Assembly: GCA_023383055.1 (NCBI GenBank)
Contig: JAHDYP010000013.1
Location: 1 to 64,000, forward strand
DNA length: 64,000 nt
Source of the DNA: Verrucomicrobiota bacterium
GTDB taxonomy: Bacteria > Verrucomicrobiota > Verrucomicrobiia > Limisphaerales > JAHDYP01
Direction of reading: 5' to 3'
The notes below the pieces were generated by a model, which had not been told where the DNA came from, made no database searches, and worked only from the letters and a program-made list of their open reading frames with translations. Every line of letters starts with the position of its first letter. Within the stretch, counting starts at the first letter, position 1. Positions 23,148 through 32,456 of this stretch are shown here, piece after piece. The position numbers and the translations under genes were made by a program.

Positions 23148-24544
23148 TCAACTCCTCTCCGGTTCCGGGGCCGGCGCCCCGTTGATAAAAGCCACCGTGG
23201 TCTGCTCCATACTTCCCAAGACCCCCTTCACTTTCCGCGAAAGAAACGCGTGGATCAGCAGCGCCGGAATCGCCACGATCAAACCGAACTCGGTCGTGAT
23301 CAGCGCCTCCGATATGCCGCCCGACAACGTCCGCGGATCTCCCGCGCCGAAGATCGTGATCATGTTGAAGGTGTTGATCATGCCCGTGACGGTGCCCAGC
23401 AATCCCAGCAACGGCGCGCAGGCGGCCGTCAGCGCGATGATCGGGAGCAGGGCCTCGAGCTTCGGTTTCGTGTCGAGCAGTTTCTCGTAGAGCACTTCCT
23501 CGATGTATTCCTTGGGCTCTTCCACATGCTCGACGGCGGTGGTCAGCAGCTCGCCCACCGGACCGGGAATCGCCTGCGCTTGTGCCAGCGCATCCTGGCT
23601 TTGACCCTTGCGCAAGTGCCCCAGCAAGCCCTGCAGGTCCATCGGTGTGACCAGGCGGATCTTCGAGATCTGCGACCATTTGATGGCGCAGATCGCCAAA
23701 GCGGCCAGCCCCAGCAACAAGATCGGCGCCATCACCGGCCCGCCTTTGCGGATGTGTCCCCAGAGGGTGTCTTTCGTGGCCGCAATCTTCAGCGCGTTCC
23801 CGCTCGTGGCATCGAAAGGAAGCTCCCCGCGCCCGTCGGCCAGCAACTGGCGAATCGCCGGCGGATGCTGACGGCCGATCTCGATCGCCCGCGGCTTGGG
23901 CGAGCCCACGCGCAGCTCCGCCATTCCCGCCGCATCGCTCTCGTCGCTTGCGAACAACGCCAACGGCCCCGCCAAAAGATACTTCCCCGATTCCATCCGC
24001 CCCGCGGCGGTCAGGGCTTTGCCCTCGAAAATCTCGCCGCCGATCACCCGCTCGAGTCGGTCGAGTGACGCATCCAGCAGCTTTGCCTGGCGCTCGAACC
24101 GTTCGACGGGCGTCAGATCCGGCTTGGTGGGCGCCGCCTTGAGCTCCGCCAGCAGGGTGGCGTACCGATCCACCTCGCTGATGTGCACCCGGGTTTCGAA
24201 TCGGCTCAGGTATTCCCCCAACAACGCCCCCACGAATTTCTGCTCTTCCCGCGCCCGCTCGACTTCCTTGCGCAAGACGCCCAGATCGACGAGTTGATTG
24301 TCCTGGGCACGCTGAGCCCGCTCGTACTCGACCCGGCGGGTCAGCACCTGATCCTCGAGCCGGCTCAACTCCCGGGCCAAGGGGACTTTCTCCCCGCCCA
24401 CTTCCTCCTGGACCGCGGCCAGTTCTCCGAGGGCCTGTTTCAGTTCGCCCTGCACGGAGACGCTCAAACCCTCCAGCGTGTCCGCCCCCAACAGGCGTCC
24501 CGCCAGCAACATCGCCATCCATCCCACTGTAATCCGCGGTCGCA
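23148..24544 (-). CDS. Long MotA/TolQ/ExbB-family protein with ~250-aa N-terminal periplasmic coiled-coil extension (TtpC-like)
   Basis: Start at MRPRITVGWMAMLLAGRLLGADT (signal/anchor; ATG ending 24544). The C-terminal third has the ExbB motif (LGLLGTVTGMINTFNMITIFGAGDPRTLSGGISEALITTEFGLIVAIPALLIHAFLSRK). Confidence 0.8.
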
Positions 24545-24552
24545 TGGTTCGC

Positions 24553-25311
24553 TTACCTGACTTCAAACGGCACCACCAAAAGGGCCGCGGGCGACTGGTT
24601 CCGATACATCGCGATCGCCCGGGTAATCGTCGGCCCCAGCTCGTTCCGGGGCGTCGTCTGCCAGCCCGTGTCTCCCGGCTGTTCCACGCCGGCAAACTCG
24701 CCTCCTTCGCCGACAAAGTACGCCTGGGCCAGGCCCACGTACAGGGTCTCGACTTGCACCTCCCGGCCGGCGGCGTTCGTACGAATCTCGCTCTCGACCG
24801 AGACGCCGCTGTTGAACTTGTCGATCTCGTTCAACACGCCGACCAGGTTCTGGAGTCGCTCGGCCACCGACATCCGCGTCGAGTCCGGATCCTCCGGAAA
24901 GCGCTCGAGCAACGGCGCGATCCGTCGCCGCAGCGGCGCGGGCAATCGCTCATTCAAGGCCTTGATCCGCTGTTCATACCCGGTCGCCAGTGCCCGGGCG
25001 CGGGCCGTTGCCTGTCCCAGCGCTTCCTGCTCGGTCTCCAATCCCTGGCGTTCCCGCGCCACCTGCCCGCTGGCCTCCCCCAATCCAGCCACCTTGGCGT
25101 CCAAATCTTTTAACTCCCGCTCGAACATCCGTGCCGATGCCTCGAGCACATCCTTCTCCGCCGCCCAATCCGACCGGGTCTTCGCCACCAGTTGCCGCGT
25201 TTGGACCCACTGCTCGAGGGCGGACCGCGCCTCAGCGAGCGGGTTTTCCGCCGCCCAAGCCAGGCCGGCAAAACCCAAGCAGACCGTCATCGACAGCAGT
25301 CGGACTCGCAT
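24553..25311 (-). CDS. DUF3450-like periplasmic coiled-coil protein (TtpB-like), first gene of the TonB cluster
   Basis: Signal peptide MRVRLLSMTVCLGFAGLAWA. Coiled-coil middle. It sits immediately upstream of the long MotA/TolQ gene, as in Vibrio-type TonB2 systems. Confidence 0.65.
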   Translation of the reverse strand: MRVRLLSMTVCLGFAGLAWAAENPLAEARSALEQWVQTRQLVAKTRSDWAAEKDVLEASARMFERELKDLDAKVAGLGEASGQVARERQGLETEQEALGQATARARALATGYEQRIKALNERLPAPLRRRIAPLLERFPEDPDSTRMSVAERLQNLVGVLNEIDKFNSGVSVESEIRTNAAGREVQVETLYVGLAQAYFVGEGGEFAGVEQPGDTGWQTTPRNELGPTITRAIAMYRNQSPAALLVVPFEVR

Positions 25312-25460
25312 AACTGTCCCACTCTGACGGTTTCATGTGACGGCTTGTCGGCGAATACGTGACGATTCGGTGACACGTTGGCAGCAACGGTGTCGCCGGT
25401 CCGCGACCCGCCCGGTCCACGTGAGACTCCACAACAATTTGGGGAACCGACAGTTGCGAT

Positions 25461-25477
25461 GTAACCCAATCGTAACA
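25461..25477 (+). promoter_or_regulatory. Pho-box-like site GTAACCCAATCGTAACA (two GTAAC(A/C) half-sites at 11-bp spacing), copy 1
   Basis: A near-identical 17-mer recurs at 40315-40331 (GTAACCCAATTGTAACA) and 41806-41822 (GTAACCTGAATGTAACA). All three are 30-66 bp upstream of start codons. Confidence 0.5.
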
Positions 25478-25526
25478 AATGGCGGCTTGCCGCCCGCCAT
25501 CGTCGGCACATACTGGCTCCCCCGTA

Positions 25527-25930
25527 TGAGACTGGAGCGACAGTGCGCACGGTGCTGCGATTCCCTGAGTCTCCTATGCCATGCGCTGGTTGATTCACCC
25601 GCCAGGACGCGAGCGCTCTGGCTGCTCACGCGCGTGGCCGATTTCCTCCTCAAAGTCCACAGCGGCGAATGGAAGACCTACCATCCTCTGCGGCAACGGG
25701 TCTTTTTCCGCCAGTTGGCCGCCGACATTGCCGGGGCGCTGCACGGCGACTTGGCCGGGTCCGTTCCGGACCCGCTGCGGACTGAATGCGAGACGGTCAT
25801 TCGGGAGTTCCTGACGGAGTTGCAGGCTGCGCGCCATTACCCCGGGAAACACGAAGACTTTCCCGAGACGAAGGGGTATCCGGCAGGCGGCGCAGTTTCG
25901 TCCGACCAGTTCATGTCCCAGCGGATGTGA
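25527..25930 (+). CDS. Hypothetical protein (~134 aa)
   Basis: High-GC3 ORF (MRLERQCARCCDSLSLLCHALVDSPARTRALWLL...) downstream of Pho-box-like site 1. No family recognised and the start is uncertain. Confidence 0.25.
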
Positions 25931-25962
25931 ATAGAATTTAACCTGGCCGTCACAGACGCGCC

Positions 25963-28065
25963 ATGCCGCTTGCTTACAAGCGGGGTATGGCGAACAAGGT
26001 CTTGATTCTCACCGCCAGCTATGGCGAAGGCCATAACGCGGCGGCCCGCAACCTGCACGATGCCCTCGAGTGTCTCGCCGCCGAAGTCGAGGTGGAAGTC
26101 ATCGACGTTCTGCAGCAGAGCTACCCGCGCTGGAATGCCCTCGCGCAAAAGACGTATTTGAGCCTGGTGCGCTACGCCCCCATCTTGTGGCGGGGGCTCT
26201 ACACGCTGCTCGATCATTCCCGCTGGACCCGCGCCCATTACCCGCACTTGCGCACACTCCAGCAGGTGCTCCGGTCTTTGTTGGCGGAACATGAACCCGC
26301 CTGCGTGATCTCCACCTTTCCGCTTTACGCCCACGCCATCGCCGGTCTTTATCCGGAACCGCGGACGCGGCCTTTCCGACTGATCACCGTGGTGACCGAT
26401 TCGATCTCGATCAACTCAGCCTGGGTGGGAGCCGCGAACGACTGGTGGGTCGTGCCCAACACGGCCACCGGCCAGGTGCTGGCGGCCGCCGGGGTGCCGG
26501 CCGCCAGAATCCAGCCGCTCGGTTTTCCGGTGAGCCTCCAGTTCGCCGATCCGGTTGAAGAGGAGCTCGGGGCCCCCGAGCCCGGTCTGCCTCGCCGCGT
26601 GCTTTACCTGATCAACACCGGCAAGAAAAAGTCCGGCAAAACCATCGATCGCCTGCTCCGGCTGCCGGATCTCCACCTCACGATTGCCGTGGGCCGCGAC
26701 GGTATGCTCCGCGAAAAGCTGGCGCGCCGCCTGGCCGCCCATGGCGACCGGGTGCGGCTGATCGGCTGGACCAACGAGATGCCCCGCCTCTTGCGGAAAA
26801 GCCATCTGCTGATCGGGAAGGCCGGCGGCGCCATCGTCCAGGAAGCCATCGCTGCCCGCTGTCCGATGATCGTGAATCAGATCATTCCGGGCCAGGAAGA
26901 GGGCAACGCCGAACTGATCCGCCAGCTGGGGATCGGGGCCGTCGCCCCGAATCGGCAGGCCGTGATCGAGTCCGTCAAAGGCGCCTTCGCCCATTGGGGC
27001 CGCCTCTGGCAGCAATGGCGGGCGCGGTTGTCTGAGATCAGCCGGCCGGACGCTTCCCTGCGCCTGGCCGAGCTCGTGCTGGCCGAGTGCGACCTCCCGC
27101 GGCCGCGGTCCAAGCGCAACGGATTTGGGTTGCTGCGGCCCGGCGTGGCGACCGCCAAACCGCCCCCGCCGCGCCCCCGTGGCCCGGGACTGCTCTGCGA
27201 TTTCCACACGCATACGAATTACTCCGATGGCAAGCTTTCGTTGCCTGAACTGGTCGACTTCTACGGGCAACGCGGGTTCGACTGTGTCTGCGTGACCGAT
27301 CACCTGGCCGACCCCCGGCGCTTGATTGGCCGGGTGCAGCAATTGTCGCGGTTGACGCTCAGCCCCCATCAGATCGACGAGTATTTTGCGGTGCTGCGGC
27401 GGGAACGGCAGCGGGCCTGGCGACGGTACGGCATGATTCTCCTGACCGGACTCGAGTTCAACAAGGACGGCTACACGCGCAAGGCCTCGGCGCATCTGCT
27501 GGGAATTGACCTGCGATTTCCGATCGACGCGGCCCTCGATCTGCCGGAAACCATCGAGGCGATTCATGCCCAGGGCGGCCTGGCGGTAGCGTCGCACCCG
27601 CACATCATGCGGTCCGAGTGGGGACATAATACGCTATACTTGTGGGAGAACTGCGACCGGTTCGCGCCGCTGCTGGACGCCTGGGAAATTGCCAACCGCA
27701 ACAATCTCTTCGCCCCGATCAGCCTCAAACGCCTGCCGTTCATCGCGAACAGCGACTTTCACAAGCCGAAACATATCTACTCCTGGAAGACGCTGCTCCA
27801 TTGCGAGAAGGATCCCGAGGCGATCAAGCAGTGCATTCGTCGCAACGAACACATTTCGATCACGCTTTACCGTGACGAAATGCCCGCCGCGCTGGCCGTG
27901 CCGGTTTCGCCGGCCGTTCCCACCGCCCCGGCGACGCTCGAGCCCGCCCAAGCAAGCTGCACAGTCGTTCGGCAAAAAGTGTCGCGACACGGGCTTACTT
28001 TGATAAGCTCCCGCCATGACGGCGAAGCAGTTCTACGATTGGCAGACCGCCGGCGGCACGGATGA
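25963..28065 (+). CDS. Fusion protein: GT28-family diacylglycerol glycosyltransferase (UgtP/MGDG-synthase-like) + C-terminal PHP-domain phosphoesterase
   Basis: N-terminal KVLILTASYGEGHNAAARNL and HLLIGKAGGAIVQEAIAARCPMIVNQIIPGQEEGNAELIRQLGIGAV match the UgtP / MGDG-synthase fold. The C-terminal half has the PHP motif LCDFHTHTNYSDGKLSLPELVDFYGQRGFDCVCVTDHL plus downstream His-rich segments (ASHPHIM). The alternative start MANKVLIL is at 25987. Confidence 0.8.
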   Translation: MPLAYKRGMANKVLILTASYGEGHNAAARNLHDALECLAAEVEVEVIDVLQQSYPRWNALAQKTYLSLVRYAPILWRGLYTLLDHSRWTRAHYPHLRTLQQVLRSLLAEHEPACVISTFPLYAHAIAGLYPEPRTRPFRLITVVTDSISINSAWVGAANDWWVVPNTATGQVLAAAGVPAARIQPLGFPVSLQFADPVEEELGAPEPGLPRRVLYLINTGKKKSGKTIDRLLRLPDLHLTIAVGRDGMLREKLARRLAAHGDRVRLIGWTNEMPRLLRKSHLLIGKAGGAIVQEAIAARCPMIVNQIIPGQEEGNAELIRQLGIGAVAPNRQAVIESVKGAFAHWGRLWQQWRARLSEISRPDASLRLAELVLAECDLPRPRSKRNGFGLLRPGVATAKPPPPRPRGPGLLCDFHTHTNYSDGKLSLPELVDFYGQRGFDCVCVTDHLADPRRLIGRVQQLSRLTLSPHQIDEYFAVLRRERQRAWRRYGMILLTGLEFNKDGYTRKASAHLLGIDLRFPIDAALDLPETIEAIHAQGGLAVASHPHIMRSEWGHNTLYLWENCDRFAPLLDAWEIANRNNLFAPISLKRLPFIANSDFHKPKHIYSWKTLLHCEKDPEAIKQCIRRNEHISITLYRDEMPAALAVPVSPAVPTAPATLEPAQASCTVVRQKVSRHGLTLISSRHDGEAVLRLADRRRHG

Positions 28066-28546
28066 CGTCATGCGCCTCGTGGACTGTCTGGAACGTTCCG
28101 ATATCCTGTGGTGCGCCATTGGCGGGGTCGCCGTCAACCATTGGGCTGCGGAACCGATGGTGACCTAGGACGTTGACTTCGTGGTAGCGACGGATGCCAT
28201 CGAGCGTGCCGTCACCGCCATGGAGGCCGCAGGGTTCACTGCCGAACGGTTTCAGTGGTCCATTAACTTCAAGGGGCGGTCGAAAGTGAGCATCCAGTTG
28301 AGCACCGAGGAGTGCTATCGCGATTACCCTGAGCGCTCCGTCGCGGCCGATGTCCACGGCATTCTGCTGCGCGTCGCGTCGCTGGAAGACACCCTGAAGG
28401 GCAAGATGAAGGCTTGGGCCGACCCAAAAGGGAGGCAGAGCAAGCGGATCAAGGATCTGGGTGATGTAGCGCGACTCATCGAGGCCCACCCCGAGCTCTG
28501 GGCGCTCCTCTCGGATGACCTGAAGGCGCAATTGGAGCAACCGTGA
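28016..28546 (+). pseudogene. Nucleotidyltransferase-fold protein gene interrupted by an in-frame TAG
   Basis: ATG 28016 gives MTAKQFYDWQTAGGTDDVMRLVDCLERSDILWCAIGGVAVNHWAAEPMVT*DVDFVVATDAIERAV.... TAG at 28166-28168 sits inside the h-G-G-x-A...T-x-D-x-D nucleotidyltransferase motif. The downstream part is ORF 28181-28546 in the same frame. It overlaps the 3' end of the GT28-PHP gene by 50 nt. Confidence 0.45.
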
Positions 28547-28547
28547 T

Positions 28548-28657
28548 CCCCTCGAGGGGTCAGATCCGTTTATTGTATAATGCCGCCCACCGGCCGTATT
28601 GCAGGCAATGGGTCCATCAACCGTTGGGCCGCAGCTAACCTTAAGCGGATCTGACCC
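28548..28657. repeat. Small inverted-repeat element: 12-bp palindrome CCCCTCGAGGGG, then 12-bp inverted repeats GGGTCAGATCCG / CGGATCTGACCC flanking an AT-richer core with a consensus-like TATAAT
   Basis: Read directly: palindrome 28548-28559, left arm 28557-28568, right arm 28646-28657 (exact reverse complement), tattgTATAATg at 28571-28582. It lies between the nucleotidyltransferase-like gene stop (28546) and the 5'-nucleotidase fragment end (28667). Confidence 0.5.
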
Positions 28658-28666
28658 GAATGGCCC

Positions 28667-30234
28667 TTACGGCAGGCAGGCACAGCCCGGCAGGGCGAAT
28701 GTCGCCAGGCCGGCGTCGGCGAGGACATCACGCAGGTTGACGCGATCGCTGGCCAGGGCCGGGAAGGGATAACCGTCGCCACCGAGACCTGGGCTGGCGC
28801 TTTGGGCGTTGGCAAGGAAATCGAGGGTGACGATGCGGATCGAACGGGTGGGGTCGCCCACCACAACGCCGTTGGAGACGACAAGATCAGTAATGGCACC
28901 GAGGGCGTCCGCGATGCCGAGATGCCGGATGCGGGTGCCGGGAGTAACCACCACGCCATTGGTGTCGAACCGGATGGCGGTGCCGTTGGTGTCGAAGACG
29001 AACCAAAGTCCGGCGACCTGAGGGAACTGGCCGGGGGTCAGGGTTGGTCCGGTGGCGGCGACGCCATGTTCCATGATATCCTTGAGACCGGCGGCGGAGA
29101 CGGTGAGCAGGCTCAGGTTGTTGTTGAAGCGGAGGCTGTTTTCGACGTCGAGCTGAGAGATTTCGCCCTCGGCCTTGCCGGCGAGGGGATTGGCTACCGG
29201 TGGTCTCAGCTCGCCGGTGTAACCATCCACGAGCCCGATTTCGGCGCGGATGCCGCCGCCGTTTTTGATCGATGCAACCACCGTGGGATCGTGCAGCCGT
29301 GCCACCGCCAGGTTGGCGTCGGCGGTGAGGTTGCCGAGGGTGGTTTCCTCGGTGCGCACGAGGGCGCGCCGGCCTTCGATGAAGACCGAGGTTTGGCGCT
29401 GAGATACGGGAATTGGGCGCCAAGCCAGCGCACGGTGTTGGGGGTGGCTCCTCGGATATCAGGAAGGATGAGTTCACGGATAACCGCCGTGCCGCTGTCG
29501 AACTCGTGATTGCCCAGGCAGGAAGCGTCGAACCCGATGATGTTCATCAGGGAGAGATCGGCGCGACCGACGCCTTCGCGGATGTCCAGGCCGGGCAGAC
29601 CGAACAAGGATTCGTTGACGGTGTCGAGGGTTGAGCGTAGCGAGGCATCGCCGGCGGCGGAGAAGAAGGGGCCGGGGATGTAGCTGTCGCCGGCGTTGAG
29701 GATCAGGGTGTTGGTCTCCGCGGTGAGAAAGTAATCCACCATGGCGGCGAAGTTGGGCGCGTCGACAATGGCGTCCACGCCGCCTTCAAGATCGGATGAA
29801 TGAAGGAGCTGAAGCCGGATGTGGGCTGCGCTGGACTCCTGTTTTTCGAGCGTCAGTCCGGTGGCGCCAAACGCGGTGGTGAAATCGGAGGTTTGGGCCA
29901 GGGCATCCAGGAGCTCGGTGAAGCGGCCGCCGGTGTAATCGTAAGCCACGTTGCCGGGTTCGAGCAGCACATAGCGGGCGCGGAGTTCGAGGTCGCTGGT
30001 TTCGACCACGACGTAGCCCTGGGCGGCGGTGTTGAGATCCACCAGATCGGCTTCGGGCAATCGGCTGACGGCATCGCGAATCAAGAGATCGGTGTTGGCT
30101 ACGAGTTGGTCGAGACCGGGGATTCCCGCGAGGGCGGGATTGCTGGCCGCCTGTTCGGCGATGGCGGCGCGGAACGTTTCCGAGGAGACGGAAGGTCCGG
30201 TGAATTCGGGCACGATCCGTCCGTTCGGGGTCAA
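28667..30234 (-). pseudogene. 5'-nucleotidase/UshA-like metallophosphoesterase, disrupted by a frameshift; N-terminally joined to a PhoD C-terminal-like segment
   Basis: ORF 29206-30234 has LHSSDLEGG ... GNHEFD (calcineurin-like N-domain). ORF 28667-29359 has the 5'-nucleotidase C-domain (LGNLTADANLAVARL...) in a different frame, with a 154-bp overlap. The first ~140 aa (…AQGYVVVETSDLELRARYVLL) resemble the C-terminus of PhoD. Confidence 0.55.
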
Positions 30235-30368
30235 GTGCCGGGTGATGAAGGAACCGTGGATATCGCCCGAAATAATGGCGGCGTTGTGTGCGGCGAGCAG
30301 TTCGAGGACTTGTTGTTTGGCCTGGGGGAAACCGTCCCAGTGATCGGCGTTGAGCTGAAGGCGGAGCT

Positions 30369-31004
30369 TCAGTTCGTCCGGGAAACCAGGCGTTCGGGAT
30401 CGAGTTCGTTGGTCCTCCCGTCGCGATACGTGCCGTGAGCTCCATGGCGGTCGTTGGAGTACTCGTGGTCGTCCCAGATGACCAGCATCGGAAACAGCTC
30501 ATGCAGTCGCTGCAGGATCGGGTCGGTGCGATAAATCCGATAAAGCTCACGGTAATTGTCGAGGCTGGCGGCGGCCTGGAATCCGCCGAGGTCGATGGCG
30601 CCGGCGTCGTCTTGAAACGCGATCGAACGATCGCCACTGGTGGTTTGGAAGCCGGGATCACCGGTGGTTTCGTAAATGTAATCACCGAGATGCACGATGA
30701 AATCGAGGGAATCGGCCTCGTGCTCGACGAGGTGGGACAGCGTATTGTAGTAGCGCCCCACATAGTCCTGGCAATTCAGGAAAGCGAAGCGCACGGCCAC
30801 GGACTGATCAGGCGCGGGCGCGGTCTTGGTGCGGCCGACCGGCGAGAATTGTGTGTCCTGGTAAACGAAGCGATACCAGTAGTGGGTCGCCGGTTGCAGG
30901 CCGGCGGCGGCCACTTTGACACAGCCGTCGTGGGCCGCGCGGGCCACGAGATCCTCGCGGACGAGCACAACCGCGGAGAAGTCGGGATCACTGGCCAGTT
31001 CCAA
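30369..31004 (-). pseudogene. PhoD-like alkaline phosphatase fragment (N-terminal and first catalytic motifs only)
   Basis: Motifs YRFVY, FAFLNCQ, HLGDYIYE and VIWDDHEYSND are present. The ORF terminates ~25 aa after WDDHE, whereas full PhoD proteins continue for ~300 aa. The upstream N-terminus is also broken across frames. Confidence 0.5.
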
Positions 31005-31192
31005 TTTCAGGCCCAGATCGAGGTCCGGTTGCGCCGCATCAACCAGACGTGTCCAGAGAATGACGCTGTCAGGCCGGGGATCGCCGGAGGCGACGGATTG
31101 TGGGAAGTGGTCAGTGGACGCGGCGCCGGTTCAGAAACAGCGCCTGAGATTATCGAGGACTTGTGACGATCCCGTGGGGGTTCGGTCAATTT

Positions 31193-31210
31193 GCGGAAAC
31201 TTATTTCCGC
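31193..31210 (-). terminator. GC stem-loop GCGGAAA-ctta-TTTCCGC 7 nt after the DUF1559 gene stop (no U-tract)
   Basis: Read directly: 7-bp perfect inverted repeat with a 4-nt loop. It may be a terminator or attenuator between the prepilin-like gene and the phosphatase fragments. Confidence 0.3.
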
Positions 31211-31216
31211 GCCGGA

Positions 31217-31630
31217 TCAGCGTTCCGCGGTGGTGCGTTCCTGGAGCCAGGTGACGTCGGGATTGTTCGGGGTGCTGATGTGCTGGGCAATGGACTTTTC
31301 CGTCACTCGAGGTTTAGTGCGCGGATCGATCCAGGCGCGGATCTCGGCGTGGCCGTCGGCGAAGTTCAGGGCGCCGGCGCCGCCATGGTAGCTGGCGGGG
31401 ACGTCGTTGAGCATCTGACGGGCGGGGTTGTCGCGGTAGCCAGCCATGTCGACGACGAAGAAGCTGTCGTTGAAGCATTGGATGCCCTGGGCCTTGGTCT
31501 TGGCCCGGCCGAGCGCGGGCAGCAGCATGCCGGCGAGGATGGCGATGATGGCGATGACGACGAGCAACTCGATCAGCGTGAAGGCGCGCTTGGGCCGGGT
31601 GGCGGCCGGGAGCGGGGCTCGCGTTGGCAT
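31217..31630 (-). CDS. Prepilin-type N-terminal cleavage/methylation domain protein, DUF1559 (H-X9-DG)
   Basis: From ATG ending 31630: [52 protein letters not shown].... The C-terminus has an exact H-X9-DG ([13 protein letters not shown]). The longer ORF to 31981 has an implausible N-terminal extension. Confidence 0.7.
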   Translation of the reverse strand: MPTRAPLPAATRPKRAFTLIELLVVIAIIAILAGMLLPALGRAKTKAQGIQCFNDSFFVVDMAGYRDNPARQMLNDVPASYHGGAGALNFADGHAEIRAWIDPRTKPRVTEKSIAQHISTPNNPDVTWLQERTTAER

Positions 31631-31907
31631 TTTGACCTTGCGCGAGGAGCCGCCGGTGGGCATGGGGACAGGGGTCGAGGAACGGGCGTTCAGATTGGCT
31701 GGGCGTGCGCCCACCCCGATGACCGAGCGGGCGGTGGGGATGGGTGTGTGGCCCTGGATCCTGGCTTGCATCGCGCTGGAGTGTGCCATGGTCGTGGAGA
31801 ATTGAGAGGTTATGGTGGGGCGGGGGAGGGTCAAGCGGAAGAGACCGAACTTGCGTCCGGTCTCTTCCTGGATTGTCGGAAGGATGGATTCGTCCGCGCG
31901 GTAACGA

Positions 31908-32246
31908 TCAGTTCGTACCCGTCCGGATGCGTTTGAACAGGAGGTTCGCCGTGGGCGTGAAGGTGTAGGGACTGGTGGCACCCTCGACCCGTTGCCAGTC
32001 GGGGTTCGTGAGGTTCTGGGAGATCTCGAGCACGCCCGCCCCCGTCCAGGTCACCGTGATGCTGCCGTCGACATTATTGACGATGGAAGTGAACTCCGCC
32101 GGTTCGCTGGCCGGGAGTTCCGGCTCGGGGACGGTGCGGGTGCGGAAGGCTTTGAGGGCGCCGGTCTGTTCGCCATTGACCAGTGCGGCGCTGCCGTCGG
32201 CATTGACCGTGAACCACTCGACGCGGGTCGAGTTTGTTTGGACCAA
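31908..32246 (-). CDS. Hypothetical small protein (112 aa)
   Basis: High-GC3 ORF with no signal peptide and a beta-strand-like composition. Candidate first gene of a minus-strand unit that continues into the DUF1559 and phosphatase genes. It may be a fragment. Confidence 0.3.
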   Translation of the reverse strand: MVQTNSTRVEWFTVNADGSAALVNGEQTGALKAFRTRTVPEPELPASEPAEFTSIVNNVDGSITVTWTGAGVLEISQNLTNPDWQRVEGATSPYTFTPTANLLFKRIRTGTN

Positions 32247-32305
32247 CCAACCGTTGCGCGGCCGAGACTAGGTGGGCGTGGGGTTGCCGACAAGCGACAG
32301 ATATG

Positions 32306-32325
32306 CAACTAATTTGTTACGAATG
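32306..32325 (-). promoter_or_regulatory. Weaker Pho-box-like direct repeat (minus-strand reading ATTCGTAAAGCATTCGTAAC; CGTAA half-sites 11 bp apart) ~60 bp upstream of ORF 32246
   Basis: Forward gttacgaatgctttacgaat. It has the same half-site core and 11-bp periodicity as the three strong sites, at a similar distance to a start codon. Confidence 0.3.
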
Positions 32326-32456
32326 CTTTACGAATCATCCAAGCCCTTCCTCGGCAATTCTTTCGGGCAGGATTCGGCGGGCTCCAGGGGCGTACGATTC
32401 GGCGCGGGCCGGCGAAGTGGCTCCAGCTCCGACGACCGGCGGAGGCAGGCTCGATG

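Noticed and set aside
19786-24522. Large ORFs opposite the TPR, TonB and ExbB genes (19786-21138 +, 21930-23135 +, 22936-24522 -)
   Set aside because: Shadow frames of the well-supported TonB-cluster genes. Translations are low-complexity (R/G/P/A-rich).
26416-27627. 403-aa minus-strand ORF opposite the GT28-PHP gene
   Set aside because: Antisense shadow. The plus strand carries clear UgtP-like and PHP motifs.
12008-28168. Hypothesis that in-frame TGA (12008) and TAG (28166) reflect an alternative genetic code or programmed recoding
   Set aside because: Both codons terminate well-conserved genes in this window at the expected positions (pstC TGA 44022-44024, pstA TAG 44984-44986, many others). 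No SECIS-like element was evident. Pseudogenisation or sequence error is more parsimonious.
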